A stretch of DNA of 64,000 nt from Tubiluchus corallicola (Eukaryota > Animalia > Priapulida), in assembly GCA_030141605.1 (NCBI GenBank), contig JAQGDQ010000003.1:2356001-2420000 (forward strand). The letters run 5' to 3'. Below, piece by piece: positions 52,401 to 63,833 of the stretch (positions are counted from its first letter, which is position 1; each line of letters begins with the position of its first letter). The notes beneath the pieces are model-generated. The model saw nothing but the letters and a program-made list of their open reading frames with translations. It did not search any database and was not told the origin of the DNA. A program made the translations under genes and the position numbers.

Positions 52401-55400
52401 GCATACAAAGCATGCCTTGTTTGCATAAGTGAACCACTGAGGTTTGCACCTGTGAAAGTTAATAAGGAAATAATAGCCATTTGTCGTACTCTAAATAGTC
52501 ATTAATGTTCTGACCCACATGAATACAACAACAATAACGGGAAATGTTCGTCCTCTGAAAACATTGATTTATTGTAACTGCATGTAGCATCTGCAAATAG
52601 CCTTGTGTGTATAGAAAAGCAACATATAGTGAAGCTTGTGAACAACTGTATTCAACAGTTTCTTTCTTGTTTCAGGAACAGTCTGACCAGGATTTGATCA
52701 CACCAAAAGGAATTGTTGATGGCAGTGAACCACCATATGACATTCCTAAGGAAATCTGGACAATGCTTAATCACCTTTATGAGTTTGGCATACATCATGT
52801 TAGTATTGCTTTTACGCAAAATACTTTGTTGAAACATAGTACCTTTTGGTATATATTTAATTTACATGTAGTATTAAACTTTAGAAAGTAAAACATTGAA
52901 TACCATTGTATAATTGGTATAGGTTTCAGTTGTTTAAGTTGGTAACACTGAAACTTAACTGAAATTTAATAAACTTATGCAAATTCAATTCCGAAGATTT
53001 ATTTAGCCACTTTAATGTAACCAAATGCCCCTTTCGTGTAATTATCTGATACAATAACTCATATTTTTATACATAAGCTTGGATCATAACAGTTTGACAA
53101 CAATTACAGTATAAATACACAAACATTTCAATATAATTACTATTCTTTGTTCAGTAGATGGGAAATTGTGCCGTATATGTAATCTATATATATGTACATC
53201 AGTGATTGTGATCTTGAACAGTTTAACATTTACATTTGGTAATTACGCTAACTAGAAATTTCCATGCATTTTCTAAATTCCGCATATACAACAGTGGACC
53301 CAGCAGTGTATTTGTGAATGTAACAGTCTCTGCAAACCAATGCATCCAATGCGGCCCACACTCGCAGTTATTCGTTGTAAACAGAGTTACATAGTAGAAT
53401 ATCCAAGTTAAAAAAAAGAGAATTAATATCCGTCCCATGGCTTTCGTTATCTTCATCTCTCGCTCTATCCGTGATGCTTGACCGAGCGAGTCGGGAAGGT
53501 TGGTTGGCCCAACTCTTTTAAGACGCTGAACTGCGACTTGCCAGATCTTGATGTATGTGATGATGACAAGCACAGCTGGCAAACAATAGATAATGACAAA
53601 GACTGCCATGCCATGTGATTTGTCATAAGGAAATCCACAATCTCCTGCTTTAAAAACTTCTGTAATAATGAGTGACGGCGATGCAATGATTGACACAAGC
53701 CAAATTAACATCAGCACAAAGATGAGGTGTTTCGTCTGCATGCCAACACTGTGCCAAATGGGATGCACGACTGACACATATCGCTCTGCTCCTGCGACAC
53801 ATCGATGTAAGAAACTACATGTGCTGCTTGATGTCCAGGTGATGAATATGCCACATTGGAACTCACACGGAAAGAAAAATATGTCTGCCATGTCCCAGGT
53901 CAGCGTGACCAGGACTAATATGACATCTGCTACAATGGTCGAGTACATAATGTACTGATTGCTGCTTTTGTTTTTACCTTGCTTGTTCAACCAGAAAAAC
54001 AGAATACTGTTAATTACGATTGCACTTATACCTATGCATGCTTCCGTGGTTGTAAGTAAATACGAAGAGAGTGGTACTTCGTGGGGGTTGTTTTCTCCAG
54101 TTGCTAAAGCACAGAATGTATGTTCTTCGGTTACATTAGCCATAGTCTTGGTCAGCAGAGGTATTCTTTGATAAACTGTTTTTGCGTTATAAATCAGCTT
54201 ATATAATAATACAAATAGTGAATTATGTTGTGTATGTTGATGCACAGCTTTGCTTACAATCACTTGATATTTGCATGTTATACTCACAGTGGTTCAAACC
54301 ATAACAGAGTGTACGACACTATGTTTGCCATTGATTCGCATCACTGTTGTAATTTGTTTTGTCACTGCTGCAGAAATGAGCTGCGTTGTTATATATGACA
54401 TGATGCGTGACATGTCGTAGCTCATAATTTCTGACCAGCTGAGTTTTGCTCAAGTTATAATGAAATGAAAACTCATTGATTTTTTTTGTAAACATTCTCA
54501 GAGAAATTTTCCGTTTTTGTCATGCAAACTTGTGAGTGTATGAGATAATATCATCAATTGTTTTGATTTTGTTGTTTGTTTAGTATTTTCTTGTGGAACA
54601 TCTGTTATTTTCATGTGCAGTTTTTTCTGTATGACTGGCAAAATGCAATGCGAATACGGTAACAATGTTTTTTCTGTTTGTTTGCTTTTCTTATTCTAAT
54701 ATTTTTGGGTCAATACAAAAATCAATTATTTTCTTTTTTACTAGAAGTTATGTGTGCTTTCACTTGGGGAAAAACCCTAAGATATAAGTGTTATGTTTTG
54801 TTGCAGCCATATTTGTTTACTTTCAGAGCGATCTGTTTCAACAGCCAGGATTACATGCTGAAATAATTGAAATCAGAAATGCACTGGACACAGGAATAAC
54901 AGACAGACTGCGTATCCTTATCATTAACGAGTAGTATTAGTCCCACGATCTAAGACAAATATATAGTCACAATTTTTAAGAAGTCACATTAATAGTTATG
55001 CACCATGAATGCATTTTGTGAATACATTACTGCAAAAAAGTACCCCATATAATTAATTGATGAGAACAGACAGGGTTGTGCCTTACTAAAAAGATGACAC
55101 CAAGTCACAATGTTACAATGTGAGCTTCTGATTTGCAATTCCTTGATTTCTGATGTGCATTGCAAGCTAACTGTGCTTACAAAGTAGATGTGTCTGTTAA
55201 TGATTAACGATAATTATTACATTTTTGCACAGATGCTGCACAATGTTTTTTAGAAATGGCTTTAGTGCATCCACAACACTCTTCCAAAAAGTTCAGGATG
55301 TTGTTGAACAAATTATAAAGGTGTTAATCAGTAGTAAAATGAGTTTTATTCTGATAGGTATGCATTGTGAAGTATGAAATAAGAACCTAGTGTGAATTCA

Positions 55401-58400
55401 CGATTCGGCTGTAGACCATCTTTGTTTCTTGGTTATTTTGCAAGTTAAAAACAATTATATGTAGAGCCACAACATTAATTTCCATGTCTCAAAAATAAGT
55501 CACATACTCCTTTTCGTGAGTGTTTTATACTGAGTGAACCAAAAAGTTTAACTGAAAAAACCAAAGACCGTACATAGTGATTTAATTCCAGTACTTCTAA
55601 ATTCTAATGTTTAAAATTCATGTTCTGGCATTTTGATGGTCGTTCTGACTTGCTAATAAACAAATAATTGAAAAATTATGGTATAAGAAATCAAAAAGAA
55701 ATTGAGACATGCAATCTCTTGCCATCTCTTATTATAATTTTATCACATTTATTAAAAAGTGCTAACCCTCTGCACAGTATCTAAGAATATAGTAACAAGA
55801 CAATATTGTTTTTATTAAGCTATATATATATTACTTAATAATTATTGACCTTAACCATTAATTACAGCTGGTAGTGTGCATTCAGTAGCTGAAGCACTGC
55901 TCATGTTTTTAGAAGCTTTACCAGAAGCAGTAATACCTGCTAAGTATTACTCTCGAGCACTACGAGCGTCGAGTGATGTCCACCTCTGTGAACAGGTAAG
56001 CTTCAATTATTATTGAGAAACTACTTCAGGAATTGATGTTGTGATCAGAATAACATTATCAATGCAAATTGGTTCTTTCTAATCGATTTTGACATGGCTG
56101 TGGTTTTTAATTGGCCGTTTGTATAGGTTTTCATACAATTTGGAATCCTGCAAGCTGGAATCTAACATTTACCACCATTATCAGGGTTATATCTGTAAGA
56201 TGAGTCACTGAACAGGCAGAGGTATCTCTGCCATGGACCTCATCAGGGTTATAGCTCTAAGATGAGTCACTGAATAGGCAGAGGTACCTCAGCCCTGGAC
56301 CTGATCAGGGTTATATCTGTAAGGTGAGTCACTGAACAGGCAGAGGTATCTCAACCATGGACCTGATCAAAGTTATATCTCTAAGGTGATTAACTGAACA
56401 GGCAGAGGTATCGCAGCCATGCACCTGATTAAGGTTATATCTCTAAGGTGAATCGCTGAACATGCAGAGTTATATCAGCCACATTTGAATATGAGTCCGT
56501 CTTTCATCTAGGAGGTAAACAATCAGTCTACATGACAAATGAAACCGCCCAGAGTGAAAATTGAAATTGTATTTATTTTTAACTTCATTCCACGAGCATA
56601 ACATCCTAGTCACTAGGCCATGCACATCTCAAATATAGGTGGAAAGAGTGAAATGCGATTAATTTTTCCTAAACAATTTTGATCAAAAATACTTTTTTGT
56701 GAATTTAATTAATCATGTAAATTTTATTTCAGTTATTTAACAAAAATTTCGTTAATGTTTTCCCCAATGAATGAAGATTACTTCTTGACAATAGGCATAG
56801 TAAAATAATTCCATATTATAGCAGAGTGCTACAATGCCAGCATTCAAATTTCAGTCTTTTCACCGCTTAAAGCAACTTTGTTTGCTTGTTGTGCCTTCCT
56901 CGATTAATTCTCTCAAACAATTTGTCTATTAGGAACAAAAACAAAAATGTTTCCGTGCACACTTGCAACATGTTATAAACTTTTTATGTTCCGTGATGCT
57001 GATTCTAAAAAGGTAATTATGATTGAGACTGCAGTTTCTGCAGTGTGCACTGTTGTTTGTTGGTTTTTACAATTGATGCTCACTGCTTTATTTGTGAGAC
57101 ACGAAACGGAAAACATGTAATAGCATGCTGTCTGGTGATAGTATGCACCTAAGCATTTATACCCAATTACCTCTCTTAGGGCGTTCATTTAGGTATATTG
57201 TTTACCGTGGTTTTTGAAGCCAGAATTCTTGTCAGAACTGTGTATAAACATCAGTCACTGGCAATTAATATTAAATGAACTGCAGTCAAAACAATCAGTA
57301 GATTCCCATTCTATCCACCAACCACATTATCCTGTCTGGTGCACACGCATTAGTTTTAACGATATTGCAAGAGACAACAACAACAACAAAATTTCTCATA
57401 CAAGTAGGCGCTGGACACAGTTTGTGCTTAGGTGGCAGTAGTAAGTAATGCTACTGTATTAGGTTTCTTGTAATTGGGTAAATGATCACTAGCAAAATTG
57501 CTTCTGTGCAGTGCCATTTGCCAATCTACTTCTAGTTATTTATCTCACTGAGGCACGATTTATATATAGCTGCACTTGGCTGAGATTTTGCATTTCATAT
57601 CGACGAGAAAGAGTACAGCCTGGTTTGCCACAACATGAATATGCCCTGTTGACTTGAGTGTTTTCTAATTCACTCCAAACAAGTCCTTACCATTTCATAC
57701 CATTTCTTGCAGTTACTGTCAGAGCTCCCCACTAGTCACGGAAATGTGTTCCGCTACTTAATGGCTTTCTTGAGAACATTTCTGAGCTATGTGGAAAGCA
57801 ATAAACCAGACACTGCAGAGAGACTAGGTAAACAGTTGATTTATTTTTATTCCAACCACACCAAACAAAAGTAGAAATTTTTATATCCTGCCTTGATAAT
57901 GGTTGATTGAAATCAATTTTTATTCAATGGTCTCTTGAGTATATTCTTACAAAAACTTGTAAGTTGAATTGCAATTGAAGCATGAGTGGCATTCCTTTAA
58001 ATTGTGCAATTAATTTTTGTCAGGTTTGAGTTTTTTACGACAATTGGAATTTCTTCAAACAGTGACTTTGTTAGTTAGATTATTCAAATGCAGATATTCA
58101 ATGCTTAACATTAGTGTTTATACGTTGTCCCTTTTAATTGTCAAATGCTAGAAATATTATCGATATTAGTGTGAATGTTTTTGTCAATGTGGTTGTTTTA
58201 CTAGTAATAACTGCTGAACAATGCTGTTTATAGTATGAAATCCATTAAGGACAAGAAAGATGAAAAACTATTATCTTTATTAGTCCTATTCCTTTGAATG
58301 TGTTACATTCATCCCCATAACCTTAAAATGGGGCCACTGGCCTCTGGTTTATGTTGTGCAGATGTAGAAACTGTGGTTTTTCAGTAAATGCCCCATTTCA

Positions 58401-58557
58401 TAATAAATTTAGTGTATTTGCACGAGTTGTTATGTTTGCAGCCTTGCTGTTCGGTCAAATTATTCTGCGAGTGCCACCAGAATTCAAACAAAGCGTGCAA
58501 ACTAGAGAAACTGATGCAAAGAAAGCAGCCTTGATCTTAAATTTCATAAGTGAATAA
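31431..58557 (+). CDS. OCRL: OCRL/INPP5B-family inositol polyphosphate 5-phosphatase (PH, 5-phosphatase, ASH, RhoGAP-like); 23 coding exons, 936 aa
   Basis: Exons 31431-31487, 32923-33002, 33438-33535, 34174-34305, 34926-35129, 36286-36430, 36902-37045, 37738-37839, 39121-39235, 40289-40405, 41854-41961, 42383-42453, 42906-43127, 44379-44514, 45977-46087, 46710-46875, 47015-47139, 51966-52076, 52676-52798, 54827-54911, 55868-55995, 57713-57827, 58442-58557; total 2811 nt, open throughout. Motifs: [99 protein letters not shown]. Confidence 0.94.
31488..32922 (+). other. U12-type AT-AC intron (OCRL coding intron 1, 1435 nt)
   Basis: 5' site ATATCCTT at 31488; branch point TTCCTTGAC at 32905-32913; ends ...TTAC at 32922. 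Joins [19 protein letters not shown]|[20 protein letters not shown] in frame. Confidence 0.88.
31903..32090. mobile_element. 188-bp MITE with ~32-bp TIRs inside the first AT-AC intron
   Basis: ttaacttgagaacagttgcactagccaaattt ... aaatttggttagtgcaactgttttcaagttaa. Confidence 0.75.
35200..36055. mobile_element. Tigger/pogo-like MITE in OCRL intron 5
   Basis: TA|cagtaagtccttgcttaacaac ... gtcgttaagcgaggagttaccg; repeated cgttaa subterminal motifs. Confidence 0.75.
43572..44210. mobile_element. Related Tigger/pogo-like element, right end degenerate, in OCRL intron 13
   Basis: TA|cagtaagtcctcgcttaac shares the TIR at 35200; the right boundary is approximate. Confidence 0.55.
44782..45539. mobile_element. 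hAT (Ac-like) MITE in OCRL intron 14
   Basis: tagggatgtcatgaa ... ttcgtgacatcccta TIRs; near-TSD agttaaat/aagtaaat (6 of 8 match); many gattc/gatcc subterminal repeats. Confidence 0.82.
46125..46514. mobile_element. Degenerate MITE with repeated gatc/aatc motifs in OCRL intron 15
   Basis: acaatcaaaaaattgattgcaatc vs gcgatcatttttgattgt; the right end ataaccctg resembles a hAT terminus. Confidence 0.45.
47140..51965 (+). other. U12-type AT-AC intron (OCRL coding intron 17, 4826 nt)
   Basis: 5' site ATATCCTT at 47140; branch point TTCTTTAAC at 51947-51955; ends ...TCAC at 51965. Joins [10 protein letters not shown]|[16 protein letters not shown], colinear with the OCRL segment KDYFLTISGNYLPSCFG. 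Confidence 0.92.
47158..47219. repeat. Imperfect (GT)n microsatellite just inside the AT-AC intron
   Basis: gtgtgtgtgtacttgcgtgtgtgcgtgcgtgcttccgtgtgtgtgtgtgtgcgtgtgtg. Confidence 0.9.
53223..54143 (-). CDS. Orphan class A (rhodopsin-like) GPCR with an intronless CDS, nested antisense in OCRL intron 19 (306 aa from ATG 54143)
   Basis: Seven hydrophobic segments; N-terminal NVT sequon; TM1 Asn (IVINS), TM2 Asp (IVADV), TM3 Cys and [12 protein letters not shown]4 Trp, TM5 LP..Y.KIW, REMKITK before TM6, TM7 NTLLGPLLY. Confidence 0.9.
   Translation of the reverse strand: MANVTEEHTFCALATGENNPHEVPLSSYLLTTTEACIGISAIVINSILFFWLNKQGKNKSSNQYIMYSTIVADVILVLVTLTWDMADIFFFPCEFQCGIFITWTSSSTCSFLHRCVAGAERYVSVVHPIWHSVGMQTKHLIFVLMLIWLVSIIASPSLIITEVFKAGDCGFPYDKSHGMAVFVIIYCLPAVLVIITYIKIWQVAVQRLKRVGPTNLPDSLGQASRIEREMKITKAMGRILILFFLTWIFYYVTLFTTNNCECGPHWMHWFAETVTFTNTLLGPLLYMRNLENAWKFLVSVITKCKC
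54912..55867 (+). other. U12-type GT-AG intron (OCRL coding intron 20, 956 nt)
   Basis: 5' site GTATCCTT at 54912; branch point ACCTTAAC at 55848-55855; ends ...ACAG at 55867 with no polypyrimidine tract. Joins [21 protein letters not shown]. Confidence 0.9.
56181..56481. repeat. Minisatellite, 62-bp unit x ~5, in OCRL intron 21
   Basis: Units tcagggttatatctgtaagatgagtcactgaacaggcagaggtatctctgccatggacctca start at 56181, 56243, 56305, 56367 and 56429 and diverge toward the 3' end. Confidence 0.93.
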
Positions 58558-61500
58558 ATAACACAATTGAATTTAATACCTGTACATAATTTTTATAAAA
58601 TTGTGTGATTGTGTCTAATTACTAATTATTAGAAAACTAGTTGTAATTTAATTATTTAGTCATGTCGTTAGGTGTAATTACATTTAAAAATGTAAATGTG
58701 CATGAATGTATCTGGACTAATATGCTCTTTGATGCTGTCACTAATCATTGTGTTATGTGGTACAGTCAGTATCATAAAATAATGTGAGGATATAATATTA
58801 ATATTGTATAGTCTTTAATAGCTTGAATTGTCTCCAAGAAGTAACTGTGATTGTTCTAGTAAATCCTAAGCAGGTTGTTTTTGAAGTACAGATTATTCAG
58901 ATGCTTTAGATTTTGGTAGTTCCATCAACTATAGTATCTCATTTTTCTCCAAGAAAAGGTGTTGTTTAATGTGATATCATGGGTAAATAACAAAAGAAAA
59001 TATAAATCTGATGAATGTATATAATTATCGATAACGACTGGATACCGGTATTAATTAAAGTCAAATTTGCACATGTGACTCAAATACTTACCATGTCTAT
59101 TATATATTCGTTATTCTGTAATTTTTTGCTTACAATTTCACAAAAGTTCTATTGAAGACTACTATGTAAATTAATAATATTTATGTGTACAATGAGAAAC
59201 TATTTGCTCGTTACTTTAATTTTTATTTGAAAGCTAGTAATGGGTATTTGATATCCAAAATTTTCAATAGTATATGCTGCAATACTAGGGTAGCATTTTT
59301 CTTTTCTCACCTTTACAATGCCAAAGTCACATCGACTGTATGGACAACATAGCACAGAGGCTAAGCTCTTAGGTAAAAGAAGTAATTTTTGCTCAAGGCA
59401 TCAAGTGTTGAGAGGCAAGGCAGGTACGCTAATCACTTAATGAACAAATTTTCGCACTGAAACGATTTTTTCTCTTTCTGTAAATTTATCTGATTCCAAG
59501 GGAAATTAACATAATTTGCTTGCCAATGAAATAAACCACAAGTGTGAGTAAACAATGTTGGTCGCACATTGCAAAATTGCTATAATACATGACAAAATCC
59601 AACAACTTTATCGAAGCTTTTACTGACATTGTAAACACACAGAAAAGCACATAATGATGCAAAAGTTTTGTAATGATTTTTTTCTTTACTTTTTTAAATG
59701 TTAAACGATTTCGCAGTTTGATGCATTGATATAGCATCTAATATCTGTCTAAAAAAAGTCTTCACGGTTGTCAGACTATAAATTGTAAAATACATGTTGG
59801 ATGCAAACACAGGATGTGTTTTATACGAAATAGATCATTTATTAAAAAGTTGATAAGTTGCTGTACAAATGCAAAAATATACACAGCGTATGGACAGCGA
59901 AATAGAATATTGCGCTTAGTTCTGGCAACCACAATAAACAATTAAACATTGCCAGTATTTGTAAGGGACACATTTATCTTTATATGAAAGTGGCTCTTAC
60001 CGATTGAACAAACAAAACACGAAATCCCTTACACAATTCACACTTTCTGAAAGAACTATACAAACCTGATAAAACTGTTAAAATAGTCCTGCTTATTGCT
60101 TGAAATCTACAGCTAAAATTAAAATTTCTGCCATTTTGTAAGAAATGATTAAGCTAAGAGTGATGTCTTTGATGAATAACTATATACAATATCTACATTA
60201 CTTATTACGGTACACCTACTGAAAGAAAGAGCAACAAGGTTCGTGGATAATACTGAAAGAAATTAACAAGTTAGTATACTTCAACAAAACCAATATCATG
60301 TAGTATAACCGACATGATTTACAAAGCAGCACCGTTGTTAACATTCATACATTATTACATAACTGTACAAGATATAAAAAAATTACACAATGAAATCTGT
60401 AGAAAATAAATAAACTTGTGAACATATAAGCATAACATTTTAAGTACTAGCTTTACTTAGAGTTTTCTACTACACAGTGTAAAAATAGATCAGACTTACC
60501 TAATCAGACAATAATGCCCAAACAATCCTGCTTTTCAGCTATGCCATGGTAAGATGCCCATACAAAGTATTTACATTAAAAAAGTGTCAGTACCTGTTTG
60601 TCGATCAAATGTCTTCTGGCAAGATAACTCATTTTTGAGCATTTCTTAACAACAGACCAATATTAGGGGCCTGTTTCAACTCAAGATAGGCCTCATTGCT
60701 TTTAATGAATCGTTTCATAGTAATTTCATATACTATATTATGGCAGAGGCTTCAAAAATATTCTTAAATTTCAGTTCTTTGAGAAAATTATAAAAAAGTT
60801 AATAAACATCACAAAGTAAAAGAATCATTAATTAATAAAAAGTTTCAGCTAAGTTATAGTAGCTTCTGATTGCTGTCAGCATCGAATGTAAAAAGGATGT
60901 TAAAATTTGAAATAATTTTACAAAGGTGCAAAACAAAAGCATTATAACAAAGACGAGAATAACAATATAAGTAATCAACATACAAGGGAAATATATATCT
61001 GCAAAACCTACGAGCATCATTAAGAGAAGGAATGTAGTGGGATAATAACACATTGGTGGAAAAAACCTTGACAGTGGTTTGCATTTAGAAATTTTGTTAT
61101 TACAGCAGATTCAAGATGCCTGAATCACTCAAGGTTTTCCTCCCAAAATAATATGTGGTTACTCCAGTGTATAGCCTTACGGTTCATAGATTTTGTATGA
61201 ACTATTCTCACTTTTATCATAGCAGTTTCTATGCTTATGTCATAACACTTGTGTTGTACATTTTCAAAGTTATTTGAAATTCTGATGTTCTTTTTACATA
61301 TCTGATAATAGCTACTAGAACATACCCGAAAAAGTCCTTTTTGTTAATAAAGCTTTTACTGTGCGATATTTATTCATGGCGCATTCTTCGCATCGACAAT
61401 TTATTGATTTTATCATTGTAAGTTTCGTAATGTACACACAACATTTCTTGGAAGTAAAAAACCTCCTATAAATAAAACACAAAGATAAGTATAATAATAA

Positions 61501-62164
61501 CAAATAGAATTTCCAAGGTACAAAAAGCCAAATAATACAAAGAGATCTACATAATACTAAAGCCTAGAATACTAACAAAATTTGCAAATGAGGGAATAAT
61601 AACAAGAAAATAAGGATTCTAGTTACATCTATTCTGCAGTTTTCTGTGATGATATAGTCACACCACTGAAATCGTATTTTACACTTGGTAGACTTCACTT
61701 AGTTCAGCATAATAACTTAGTTGTCATCTTACTGAGAGGACAGAGTCCAACATGCAATGCAGAGAGTGTGAAAGGCTTAGCACATAGTCACTTATTATGT
61801 AGAAACTTTCTGCTTTACCCGGATCTCGCTGTACAAGAAACATGCCCTCTGCACTTAACAAATGTCACTATTAATGCCCATCTAAACAGCATTCGCTATG
61901 TCCTCATTCACTGCCACAAGTAGCACAGATCTCTGATACAACTACACCTGCAGCAATACTCAACAAAGATGGATGGTTCACCTTTAGTATATCGACGCAC
62001 TTATCAAACAAATCATATCTGGTAATCTCAAGCTGAAACTCAAGAATGGAGGAAGTTCTTTGCTATTAACATTCCAAGGCAATCTTTGCTCTCATCCTGC
62101 AGAGTGTAATATCGCAGTAAATTATTCCTCTACAATTTAATAGAAATCCTGAGCTGAGCAAACA

Positions 62165-63833
62165 CTATACAATAACCGTGTGCGGATTTTTCTGTTTGTA
62201 TTCCTCTTCTGACACCGAACTTGGCGGGCATGTGGATTCCGTCGTTCCAGATGTTTCGTTTGCATTTTCATCTTCCCGTACCTCTGGGATCGGTGACACA
62301 GGCACTCGCTTATTGAAGTCTATTGTTGAGTAAGGACGATTGTCATTGAAGTCATCATCTGTGCTGCTTTCAGGGCGTGGCTTTGGCGTAGAGTTACATT
62401 GCGGGAGATCCAGGTCTGCATACACTATAAGTTCATCATCATTGTCATCGTCACACATCTAAAACAGGAAGTGTTAACTATGTGAACAGCATTCATGACA
62501 TATAAAATAAGAAATAATAAGCAAATAAGAAACATTACGAATCTCAGTATAACATGCCAGCCAAATTGTGTGCAAATATGCTTATATAGTCATACATTCG
62601 TTTTTCACAAACTAACTAACATATATATTACATAAAACTCTGAACATAGCATTAAAGGTAACAAATATGTGCATGTAAATAAACTAAAACATTTCAACAT
62701 TTCTCTACTTTGGTTGCTGTTAGCTTAAACATAATTAACAATTGTGCACAGTACAGTACTTTAAAATGCCATTATGACACAATTTATAAATGTTAAAAAA
62801 CTAAAAATTGGCATTAATAAAACATAACAAATTACAAAGTACAAAACATTTTAATAATTAGAAAAAAGAGACATTCAATTCTGCCTTGACAATATGCAAT
62901 TTTCATTAAATCTGATAAGCATTTTTATCTTCCCATCGTAACTAGAGAAAATCACGAACTAAGATAAAATTGTAACTTTATGTTGAAAAAACATCGTTAT
63001 CACACACCTTTCATGCAATAAGAACTGCATGCAAAAAGAAAGCTGGTCACTACGGTCATAGCTGCTACATACAGTAACGATAACGTTAGCCCATGCATAA
63101 CTTAAAAGTAATGAAAAGAAAACAACTAAGTAAAAGTACGAAAAGACGCACAACTCCAACCCGTAGTATTGCTCCTCCATGTGTGATCATGCTCCAAGCC
63201 ACTATTTGTACAATGAGTTGATGGCCACTGATTCAATTGGACTGAACATAGGAAGCAGAATAAGAAAACGAAAACGTTATGATAGGAAAAGCTAAAATCA
63301 TTCACAGTTTGACAAACGAGGCACAAATTACAGACAGACTGAGAGACCAGTACTCAAGAAAAATAACAGCTACTTAAGTATAGAACCGGAAAACTAATCT
63401 CTTCCTGAAAGTAATGTATTAAAAAGCAGGTAACCTATACCTAAGAAATAATGCCAGTGAAAGTAAAATAATATGCAACGTCTTTGCAATTAAAATTAAT
63501 TCCACTACTACATTTTGAGAAACAAAACAGTTTATGTAGAAACAAGAGAGTATACTTAGCGCAACCCTATGTATTATTAGTAACTATAAATCATTAAATA
63601 CTGTCACCAATGCACCCAATTGTTAGTTGTGTAAATATTGCATTAAGGTGGGTAAAGTGCCGCAAAGCCTGCAGAAAAACTTTTAGTAACAGCAATAAAG
63701 TCTCTGGAACGCGTGCTACCTACCGCGGGGTTTTCTTCTCCCCTGTTACTATCAGTGTCTGACCCACTAGTATGGTCAAGGTAGGGGTTGTTAGCATGTT
63801 CTAACTGGGGCAAGTACACTTTTTTATTTTTCC
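62165..63833 (-). CDS. 3' end of an unidentified gene encoding an acidic tail with tyrosine motifs (receptor cytoplasmic tail or docking protein); the gene continues beyond the window
   Basis: Terminal exon 62165-62458 (acceptor ttcctgttttag; higher GC) and probable exon 63724-63833 (donor gcg|gtaggt, phase 0) join as ...GKNKKVYLPQLEHANNPYLDH...EENPA|MCDDDNDDELIVYADLDLP...RPYSTIDFNK...NPHTVIV*. Confidence 0.65.

Noticed and set aside
54144-54287. 48-aa N-terminal extension of the GPCR in the ORF track
   Set aside because: It starts at GTG, which animals rarely use, and looks like 5'UTR or intron; ATG 54143 followed by the NVT sequon is the better start.
56181-56481. 62-bp repeat array considered as a CRISPR-like array
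   Set aside because: Units are contiguous with no unique spacers, there are no cas genes, and the context is a eukaryotic intron.
63126-63245. Possible extra exon of the minus-strand terminal gene (VQLNQWPSTHC...)
   Set aside because: It has an acceptor-like site but no donor in a phase compatible with the terminal exon; the flanking exons join in frame without it.
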